Shown here: positions 54,330-64,000 of the stretch, in pieces
How the letters are laid out: each line of letters begins with the position of its first letter
Position numbering within the stretch: the stretch's first letter is position 1
Source of the DNA: Camelus dromedarius
Lineage: Eukaryota
Direction of reading: 5' to 3'
DNA: 64,000 nucleotides
Assembly (NCBI RefSeq): GCF_036321535.1
Contig: NC_087437.1
Coordinates: forward strand, 55,058,001 to 55,122,000
Translations under genes and position numbers: made by a program
Notes under the pieces: generated by a model
What the model was told of the DNA's origin: nothing
Seen by the model: the letters and a program-made list of their open reading frames with translations, nothing else
The model's database searches: none

Positions 54330-57000
54330 TTAAAAAATGAACAAAAGCTGAAAGGGCTTAATGTCCATAGGCCCTAACTAAAAGGAATTCTAAAAGATAC
54401 ATGTCAGGAAGAAAGAAAATGAACCAGGAAGGAACATTGGTGATGCAACAAGAAATGGTGAGCAAAGACACTGGTAACCATACAGTTCAATCTCAAAGAA
54501 GTTGAGCTTATAGTTTATCCCAGGAATATAGGAGAAGCTAAACATGAGAAAGTTGATTAATTCACCACTTTCACAAAACAAAATAGAAAAACGTTATGAT
54601 CATAATTTCCTAATAGATGTAGAAAAAGATTGTAATACAGCAAAACATTCATAAAAGAGCAACCTCTTAGCAAACTAGGAATAGAAAGAGACTTCCTTGA
54701 CTAAAGTCTACCTATGCAAAAATGGCTCCACATAGTGAAACCTTAGAAGTAATTATTTCAAATCGTAAACAGGAGGATACCTGCTGTCAACACTTCTATT
54801 CAACTTTGTACTGAAGATTCCAACCAGTATGGTTATAACAGAAACATGAATAAAAGATACAAAGAAAAGAATGCAAGAAACCAAACTGCCATTGCTCATA
54901 GATGATATAACCACAGAAAACTATACACAGAAACCCAAAAATAACACACCAATAATTAACATTACACAGACTTATAGATCGAGCAAATTGGTGATGGCAA
55001 GAGGGGAGGGAGTGGGTGTTGGGTGAAATAAATGAAGGGGACCAAGAGGTACAAACTTCCAGTTATAAAGTAAGTCACAGTAACATACAGCATAAAAAAC
55101 AATAATACCCTGATAATTTTGTATGGTGACAGATGGTTACTGGACTTATTGTGGTGATCATTTCTTAATGCATCTGATTGCCAAATCAACATGCTGTACA
55201 CCTAAAACTAACACAGTATTGTACATCAACTATAATTTAAAAAAAATAAAAATTAAGTTTAGCAGGTTTGCTGGATATAACATTGATATACCATAATTGC
55301 ATCTTACTTCTGTGCAATAGCCACAAAGAGTTTGATAATGTATTTTTAACAAACCATATATAATAGTGACAAAAAGTGTGAAGTACCTAAGAATATCTTT
55401 TATAAAATATAAAATACCTTAATGAGGAAAACCACAGAACTTCATTAAAAGATATTAACGTAGATCTAAGTAAGTGGAAAGATAGACCATCTTCAAAGAT
55501 GGGGAAATAATGTCATAAAAATGTAAGTTCTTCCTAAATTGATTCACAGATTTAACAGAATACTAATCTAAGTTTATGGACTTTGGCAAACTGATTCTAA
55601 AACTTACTAGGAAATACCCTACCCAAAATACCCAATAAATTTTTAAAGAATAAGGAAGGGTAATTTTCTTTACCAGATATGACTTTCTATAAAGCTACAG
55701 TAATAAAGGCAGTGTATTATTTGTATTAAAAAAAAAAGACATATATAATCTAAATGGATGACTGCTGAGAACCTAAAATAAGACCATTCATTTATGGTAA
55801 CAATATGTGACATAAATGATATTGCAGATCACTGTGGCAAGGGGAGATGCTGGAATAACTGGTTTTCATGTGGAATAATATAACACCCAGTGCCTGACTC
55901 CTGTAGACAAAACTTTAAGACCTATTTAAAACAATCATGACCTTTTAGTTACAAAGGATTTCTTGAACCAAATAAAAAACATTAAAGCTGTAAATAAAAT
56001 AATTAATAATTTAAACGCCATTAAAATTAAGAAACGGAGTTAATCAAAAGACTCATAATAGCTTCAAGCTGGGAAAAGCTACTTGCCAGACATAAAAAGA
56101 CAAAGGATTACTCTCCAGAATATAACAAAGAATTTTTAAGAAAAAGAAAACTCAATAGAAAAATAGGCGCACGAATAGACATTTTAGGGGAGAGAAAATA
56201 CAAAGGGCCAATTGACCTATGAAAGAACAATTATATTCGTCCTTAGGGAAATACAGATGAAAACCAGTGTGGGTTACCATTTCATACCAACAGCAGCAGC
56301 AAAAATCTAAAAGGCTGATGATGTCAAGCACTGGAGATGATGTGGAGCAATGGTATTTCTATACAATATCAGTGGAAGTATAAATAGCTAAAATCACTTT
56401 GGAAAATAAATTAGCGCTATCTAATAAAGATGAAAATGTGGCAATCCAACGACCAGCAATTCTGCTCCTGCCCATGTGTCCCAAAGGCTTGTACCAAGAT
56501 GCACAGGGTTGTCCTGTGAGTAACAGCCAAAAGCTGCAGATAACACAAATGTCCATCCAAGGAGAACTGCTAAGTAAATAAGAGTCTGTCTGCACCAGGA
56601 TAATGTATATCAGTGAAATGAATCCACTACTGTTGAATAAAACTATATGGTCAATTCTAAGAAACATAATTAGAAGAAAAAAAGTCATAAAAGCATAGAT
56701 ATATTCCTATCATATCATTTGTAGAAAAGTTTAAAACAAGCACAATCAATTATGCTAAGGAGATACATATGCAGCCATACCTATCTATACAGATATAGAA
56801 ATAGAAATACATCCTGTGGAGGCAGGACAAAAGGAGGGAGATGTGATGGGTGAAAGACGTGACAGAGCTGTTACTAGTGTTAATCTAATACTAATATTAG
56901 ATTTCTTTAGCCGGATTGTGGGTTCATAGGCGTTCATTTTACTACTATAAATTATAGTTTGTATTGTGTATCATGTATTTCATGATGTAATAGTTAAAAG
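54330..57000 (+). mobile_element. Old, decayed L1 (ORF2 RT region to 3' end, L1M-type)
   Basis: tttatcccaggaat, atagatgtagaaaaag, agcaaactaggaatagaa, cacttctattcaac, cactttggaaaa, caaatgtccatc motifs in L1 order; no intact ORF. Confidence 0.85.
54965..55250 (+). mobile_element. Younger L1 3' end nested in the old L1
   Basis: aagaggtacaaacttccagttataaa...tgtatggtgacagatggttactggacttattgtggtgatcattt...A tail; host L1 resumes at tttagcaggtttgctggata. Confidence 0.8.
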
Positions 57001-58310
57001 AGAAGGAAAGGGAAGAAATGCTTTCTGATAACTCCTTTTTCCGCTCCAGTGCAGAGTCAAGTGCTCAGTACAGCCTTAACGACCTTAAAGCTGCCTTAAA
57101 GGAACGCTAAGAGAAGCCCCTGTACTTCTCCACCCTTTTTATATGAAATCCTAGAAGTAGGTTCAAGGACAAATGGAAAATGGGGAGCAGAGCTCTCAGT
57201 GTGGGCCATGCACTTAGAGGACACTTCCCCTCTCTCTTCCCACACTTCTCTGCCCTTGGCATCTTCTACAAAAACTTTTTCTTCCATAAAGTCTTTCTTT
57301 ATTAAAACTGACTACTCCTGTCCTCTGTATTCCCATTACAGTGCAAACTAGCATACCACCATTCCTCGTTATGTGCATGTCTGCACACCCCGTGTGACCC
57401 AGAGGACGTGGCAGACTGCTGCCATGACCATCCGTGACACTCGTCATGATTTTTCTGGGAAGGACATGGTCTTATTACTTTTGGTGCCCCCGAAGTATCT
57501 AGCACAGCCTGGCACATTACAGACCCTGGGTGAATTATTACCCAATGGAATCAAATTGATCTTCTTTCAGTTTCACCCCAGATTCATGTCCAAAGCAAAG
57601 CATTTCACTTCTTTCTGCCTTGGCTATTACACTCGGGCGATAAATAAAATACTCATTACTTCCCTCTGATGACACGAAACTAACAACGGCAGATAATTCT
57701 GCATGAAGTATCACAAACAGGATTCCTAAATAGGTCAGACGGCTTCCTTCCTCCCAGCTCTCTTGTGAAGGGAATGAGCCAGGTAAATCAGAAAAAGGAA
57801 GAAACAAACACAGCATGGTCATGTTAGCAGTCTGCCATGTCCTTTGGGTTATGCGGGGTTCAAACCTCAATTTTGTCCCAAATCCCTCCCTCTTCTTTCC
57901 TTATCTAATGACTCCCCGTATGCTGTCCCCTCCTTCTCAAATCCTCTCTCCTTCACTTTGTCCATCCTTTTTTCATCCTTTTAGGAAATCACCAGTCAGC
58001 ATGTATCTCTCTGTTTCAGTCTTTCTGAACCTAACACCGCACCAACTCTCTTCCACGAGGGCCAGCCTATTTCCAAGGCAAAAACTGGACCACGTTGCTT
58101 AACTGTCTTGCCCCAGGATTCAACCCGAATTCTTCAGCATGACCTTGAAGACTCTAGGTTATCTTTCCCTACTCATCTCCTCCCCCTCCTCCGACACACT
58201 GGCCATTACACCATGCACCATTCCCAAACAGAACATACCTACTCACTTCTCCGGCCCCCGTGCTCACTTCTCTGTGTGTACGCTGCCACCTGCCCTCCTG
58301 TCTGGCACGC

Positions 58311-58970
58311 TGAGGACTACAAAAGAACTCAGGCTTGGAGCTCCTTCCAAATCGCAGCACTAAGAGACTTGACCAACCATAGCACGGCTGCTGGCGGCCT
58401 GAGGGTACATCCCGGGGAAAACTTTGAGTTCCTGTCTGCACAAGCTCAAAGCTATGAAAATGACTTACTGTTTGTTCTGGCCGACACCTGCCGATAGGCC
58501 CCTGACCTCCTCTTTCTTGGAGAATTTACTTTAAAAAGCTTACAATTGCAAATCCTTCCTCTGTCCGTTTGAGATATCTATACACAGATATATAGATATC
58601 TCTATATATTTATATATTTCTCCAACCTGAGTGCCTTTCCCAACGAAGTGGAAGCCAGTCCTCTGTAATCGTCAGGAAGGACGAGGCCGCCGCGGGAGCG
58701 TAGAAATCACCCTCCGATGGTTGCCTCCAGCAGACACAGTGGGCCCGACCACATGCACATCCATCAGTCCTCTTACTTGCTTTTTGTAATTTTGTCCTGC
58801 CCCTGATGTTAACTGCAGCCCTGTCCGCTCCCCTCCCTGCTAGCTGGCTCTCTCTCTAACGTGCCCAGTCACCTCTGCACCAATGGGAAGCTCTTGCCCC
58901 GCTGTCGGTAGTTACAGAACAAAATCTCTTTTTTCCACTTGAACTAACATCTGCCTTTGTTTACCTTTGA
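58311..58970 (+). mobile_element. ERV1-class (MER4-group) solo LTR inserted in an L2 remnant
   Basis: tttactttaaaaagcttacaattgcaaatccttcctctgtccgtttgagat and tgcccagtcacctctgcac motifs; subfamily uncertain. Confidence 0.6.
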
Positions 58971-61739
58971 TGCTGCTCCCCCTTCCAGACCCAGACCCCA
59001 CGTTACCTCCTCCAGGAATTTTTCTCTCTTTGACTTCCACTACGGTATTTGTCACGCTTACGTATGTAAGCCCATATGACTTCAGACAGACATATGGGAG
59101 GATGCTTACTGTATTAAACTAAAATTTTCCTTCTTTTCTTCTAGTCAGATTTCCATCTGGACTAAAACCCTGAAGGTTGGAAGTTGTGTTTTGCTCACCA
59201 CTGGGCACATTGAGCCAGATATGTAACAGGCCTGAAGTACACGCGAACTAGGAGGAGGCTGGGTGAATGCACGGGTGAGGGAGAGAGTGACTCTGCGCGA
59301 TGGGAGGGTTAGGATAGGCTCTCTTTCTAGAGTTGTCCCTAAAGGAAACGGGCACCGAGCAACGTGGCTGCAGAGTAGGAGGGAAGCAGTCACACTTCCC
59401 CAGCAGGAGAGGCAGATGGACCAGTAGAGACTTGCCCTTTCTGCCGCGGAGACATCTTCCACTCCGTGTTTCCTTTCCCGAGTCTTTCTGAGTTTGTACA
59501 CAAACCTTTTTCTTTCAGCGGCTGTGAAGAACCATTTTGTATTCTTACTGTAACACAGGGGCAGGGAGGAATCCCTTCAAATACGGGACAAAATCTGCCC
59601 ATTGAAAGGACTTCATCTGGTCCACAACCAAATGCAAGTGTGTAATGTGAAGCCAACCTAAACTATACCATTGTTTTCAAGTGTGGCTAAGTACTGATGA
59701 ATATTACTTCCTCTGGCACTTTTTTCTTTTTTTTTTTTTTTTTTTGACTCAGTAGAATGGAAAAGTTCCAGGCTGTTGTTACATGTCGCTATCTGGACAG
59801 AATGACTTCCTGCACCTCATAACCGCTTGAGAAAGAAAAACAAAATGGAAGAAGAAAGAAAAAATCTTCCCAAGGGGTCCCTTAAGTTTAGCAATGGTTT
59901 TTTGATCTTGGATTTTGTTGTTTTTGTTTGTTTTTTGATTTTGCTCCTTTCATTGCAAGAAGCTGTGTTATTCCCAAAAGCAACAAAGAATTCAAGAATC
60001 CGAAATGGAAAGGACCTTGCCCAGGATATCTAGCGAGGAACGGACACTTTCCCTGCCCGTCCTGAGAGCTAGAGTCACCGGGACATGCCCGCCAAGACAT
60101 CCCCACCTCCCCCCACCAGTCTGTGCCATGTAAACACTCTTTTTCTTCAGGAGCTCCCTTCCTTCCAAAACAAGTCCTCACACCTTTGGGCTGCCAGCAG
60201 TTCCTCCGCCTCCCTGCAGACCTATTCCTTTTAGCTCTGCCTTCTGGGAAACAAGCCATGTTTGCAGAGAGTGCAGGAGACTCCGAGCCTGTTCCACATG
60301 GACTAGATCACTAGGGGCGGCACGGGAACGACTTCTGTCAGAGAGAGAATGGAGACGTGAGCAGAACGCAGGCTCTGGCAATGTCTTCAAAGAGTGGAGA
60401 CAGAGAGGATGGGCACCCATCAAGTGTGCCTCTGGAAGGTCGGAGGCGTCCCTTCCCCCTCACCGTGGCAGATTATGGGGAGCTGAACTGGTCTAACCCG
60501 AGCCTCTCAGTTCCGGTATTCCCTCCGCTCTTGCTCTCCTTCCCAGACACGGGAAGCTGTCAGCCCTGCCGCACCCACGTTTCTCTGGCTGCTGTTGCTG
60601 TTAGCTTCCACTCTGGGGCTTGGTTCTGAACAGTCAGCAGCCTCAGCTTCTCCTCTACCCCAGCCAGGCCGGTGGCAGAAGACTGTCCATGCTACCTGCC
60701 ATCCCCGGGCAAAGAGGAAAACCGCCCCCTCTGAGATTTTGCTCCTTTCATTGCAAGAAGCTGGACGCATTCACAAGGAGCCACAGCGCTCCCCACCCCC
60801 CGAAAATCAACCAAAGCCCCTTCCAGCTGTGGGATGCACCTTTCTCACGGTGAGAGTCATTTCTATAACCTCTGAGTTTCCACCAGGTTTAGGGTCAAAG
60901 GAAAACCTGGTCCCCACAGGGCCTTTCAGCTCCCTGGGAACTGGGATGAACGACTCATTACATGGAAGAAATGAGCGCCTTTTTCTTTTCAACTATGATT
61001 GGTGGCCCAGAAACCACAGCCATCAAATACAGAGGCTCTGCTACATTATCACTATTGCAGCTACTAATTAGGACTAATGTTCACAGCCAAGGAGTCTGTG
61101 GGGGCAATACACCACTTCTTCAAGTGATTAAACTTCCAAGCAAACATACTTTGATTACCACAAGGACCATTCCCTGACAAAGGTCCTCCCAGGTAACTGC
61201 ATCCTCAAGACATGGCTACACGAATGGGGGATGGGTAGCCTGGAATTCTGGGTGTGCAAGGCACCCCATCTCCTCTGGCCAGACCCCTGCTGCACCTCTG
61301 GTTCTGTCGCGATGCCTTGGGGGACCACATCCGTGACAATGCGAATAGCAGGTTCACTAGGTCAGCTGTGGGATGACACTGCTTAGAGGCTCAGAGCATG
61401 TAGGGAGAATGCGTAGAAACACCCCTGGGGAGAGAGACATCTGCTACTTCTGAGGACAGGGCCACCTGCCCCTTGGCCCCAAGTTAAAGGACTGAGTTGA
61501 GAGAAAGGCACTGTGGTGGTGAAGGAACCAGAGGCACTGTGCTAAGTACTTTCACGTGAGTTAGCTCAGAGCAAAAATATAGGTATTTACACCAGATCTT
61601 TTCCGAAAGTATTCTCTTAATGTGTTTACAAAAATGAACAAAAAGCTACACATGAACTACATGCTCATTGTAGAAAAAGTAGAAAATAAAGGCAAGTGAA
61701 AAAGAGAGCGTTAGTATTCCCTAAGCCCGTCATCTAAGG

Positions 61740-61951
61740 GAGGGCTTCTCGACCCCAGCACCACTGCCATTCAGAGCTGGATGACCCTTGGTTGAGACAG
61801 CTGTCCTGTCCACTGTAGGGTGTTTAGTAACATCCATGGCATCCACCCACTGGCCGCCAGTAACACCCTGTTCCCACCCCACTAGGACATCAGATAGGTC
61901 CCCAGTCATTGCCATGTGCCTCCAGCAGCAAAATTACTCCCATTAAAAACC
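61740..61951 (-). mobile_element. MER20 hAT-Charlie DNA transposon
   Basis: gctgtcctgtccactgtagggtgtttagtaacatcc...acccactgg..gccagtaacaccc matches reverse MER20. Confidence 0.85.
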
Positions 61952-61961
61952 GAAACTCTAA

Positions 61962-62061
61962 GGGTGGGAATATAGCTCAAATGGTAAAAGCATGTGCTCA
62001 GCATACATGAGGTCCTGGGTCCAATCCCCTGTACCTCCATTACAAAAAAATGAATAAATAA
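61962..62061 (+). mobile_element. tRNA-Ala-derived SINE (camelid vic-1-like) with 15-bp TSD
   Basis: atatagctcaaatggt...gaggtcctgggtccaatcccctgtacctcca + A tail; TSD aaaaaccgaaactct (61945-61959)/aaaaaccaaaactct (62062-62076). Confidence 0.9.
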
Positions 62062-63219
62062 AAAAACCAAAACTCTGGAGATAACCAGTAATGCCAATTT
62101 CCAGTCTTTCCTGCATACCAACAAGTGATCCATAGTTTTAAATAAAACTGTAATATATATGCTGTTTTGTATTTTCATTTTCTTCTTAACCAAAGATCCT
62201 GAACGTTTTCCCACGTTGACACCTGCTCTTCACCATTACCGTAACCTCTCCATTGTGCTCCATTGTCTGGTGGTGACATGACTTATTTTGCCTTCGATTT
62301 GGGGACACTTAGATTATTTCCAAGGGTAGTAAGAGTATTAAGACAAAAACCCAATGATTGTGCCTCTTCGGCCTTCTAAAATGGGAAGAGGTTGAAATAA
62401 TGCGTATGAACGGAGAAATAAATCCTTCTATTGTATCTTTCCACTCACAGACACCACTGGGGAAGCAAGAGATAAATCTTAAGACTCTTCGGTGCTGTTA
62501 ATAGGTAAGACACCAAGTCGAGTCCACTCATGAGTCTCTGGTTAGTATGGGGTAGGAACTGGAGAGGAGAGAGCTGGATGAATGCGAGAAGTATTAGGGA
62601 AGAAGAGTAGCCTAGGGGTGAAGAGGAGACCAAGAATGAGGGATCCTGGAAAACAAAGATGGAAAGAGGCTTAGAATGGAGGGATAGGTGCTGAGGAAGG
62701 TGGTTGTCCGCTGAATGACCTCAGCAGGATGAAGGACTTAGGGTACATCCAGTCAGCAGACACTTAAATTACACTCTTTTTTTTTTTTTTTTGGCTTTGA
62801 CCAACATGACATAGAATATCAAATTATTAAATACTTGCAAACAATACTTATTTTTTTCTTTAGGCTAAATGTTAGAAATGAATTACTAGGTCCAAGAGAA
62901 TGTACATCCTCAAGGCTTCCAGTATGAGTTGTCAAACAGCCCTGGCAAGATTTTAATCCTAATTTATGATTTTGCCATACCACCAACAGTGTGACAGGTG
63001 CCTTTCCCCATTATTTCCTCAGCATTAGTATTGTTCTTCCCATTTTACAGGAGGGATAAATGGGGCTTGTCCATGTTCACAGAGCCCATAGCTTTCTGAT
63101 TCCAGTCCCGAGCTCTTCTCTGTCCACCATGCTGCCTCTTTTAACAGAACTGAGGGTATTTAACCTTTAGAAGACTCAGCCAGCATCAACCCTGACCCTG
63201 TTACTCCTCTCCTTAACCT

Positions 63220-63640
63220 CATCACTCTTAGATTAAAGCCTAAACTCTTTTACTGGCTTGGAAAGCCCTTCACAATCTAGTCCCTACTCACCTCTCCATG
63301 GTTCCCCTACCTAGAATTTTAAGCTCTTGCCATACAACGTCTCTCTAAGCTCTCGAATGTACATTGTTCTCTCTATTGCCTCAGGGCCTTTGCACCTGCT
63401 CTTCCCTCTCTCCCGTGGCATCATTGCCTGGGTAACTTCCGCTCATCCTTCAGAGTGAACTTAAACATCAGAACCTTCATGACCTTTACATTCTGAATTA
63501 TGAACCCCCATCACTCACATGTGCCCCTAGGGGACTCAGTACTTCCCCACGATGGTACCTACTGATTGTGTTGTCATTCTAATTGCCTGACTTCCCTCTT
63601 AGTGCTTCAGCTAAGGAGAACAAGATCCATGTTTGCCAAA
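63220..63640 (+). mobile_element. L2 LINE fragment
   Basis: aaagcccttcacaatctag, gcctcagggcctttgcacctgctcttccctct, catccttcag motifs. Confidence 0.7.
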
Positions 63641-64000
63641 CCAAAATCAGTTCTCGCCGAGTAGAGCATTCCCCTTTAGACGCAACAGCGACACTCACAA
63701 CCACTTCTGAGGGTTTCATACACAGCCCGTCTCACTCCTCTGGGTTCCCTGCTTGGCATCTGGAGCCATCCGAGTGCACCAACCTTGCAAGAGACAAACA
63801 TAGTTCCCATCAATGCCAGGAAGAAACTTCCCACGTGAAGAGCTTTCCAACCACGGAGTAGGTCCTCTCTTCATGTCGCAAGATGATCTCCTGCACGTGC
63901 TTCTTAGTAACTCCCAACGTGACTGGAGGAGCCCGCCGCCCTCCCCACCAGGCCACCCTCCACGTGCCAGGTGGACTCGGAGTGTGTGTGTGTGGAGCCA

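Noticed and set aside
60595..61071. 158-aa ORF downstream of LPP
   Set aside because: Non-ATG start, no domain or splice support; expected by chance in GC-richer DNA
1..64000. CRISPR array, operon or other prokaryotic-type novel system
   Set aside because: Spliced mammalian gene with SINE/LINE/LTR content; no repeat-spacer arrays or gene-dense regions

Overview
This is mammalian genomic DNA, most likely camelid, because three tRNA-Ala-derived SINEs look like the Camelidae vic-1 family. It holds the 3' end of LPP (LIM domain-containing preferred translocation partner in lipoma) on the + strand. Bases 1-28414 are the distal part of a very long intron. Three coding exons (28415-28593, 34084-34204, 37860-37988) splice in frame with GT-AG boundaries and encode LIM2, LIM3 and the C-terminal STDL PDZ-binding motif. 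A very long 3' UTR (~15 kb) probably ends at paired AATAAA signals near 52.8-52.9 kb, followed by repeat-rich intergenic DNA. Nearly all ORFs in the six-frame track are spurious. I see no evidence of a new multi-gene system. The most unusual signals are a 45-bp inverted repeat at 57.4/57.8 kb whose mismatches are almost all G-U compatible on one strand, a perfect 29-bp direct repeat at 59.9/60.7 kb, a twin-primed 5'-inverted L1 with a target-site duplication (TSD) in the last intron, a G-rich 9-bp minisatellite, and possible truncated LPP isoforms. Repeat family names come from recalled consensus sequences, their boundaries are approximate, and they need RepeatMasker/Dfam confirmation.
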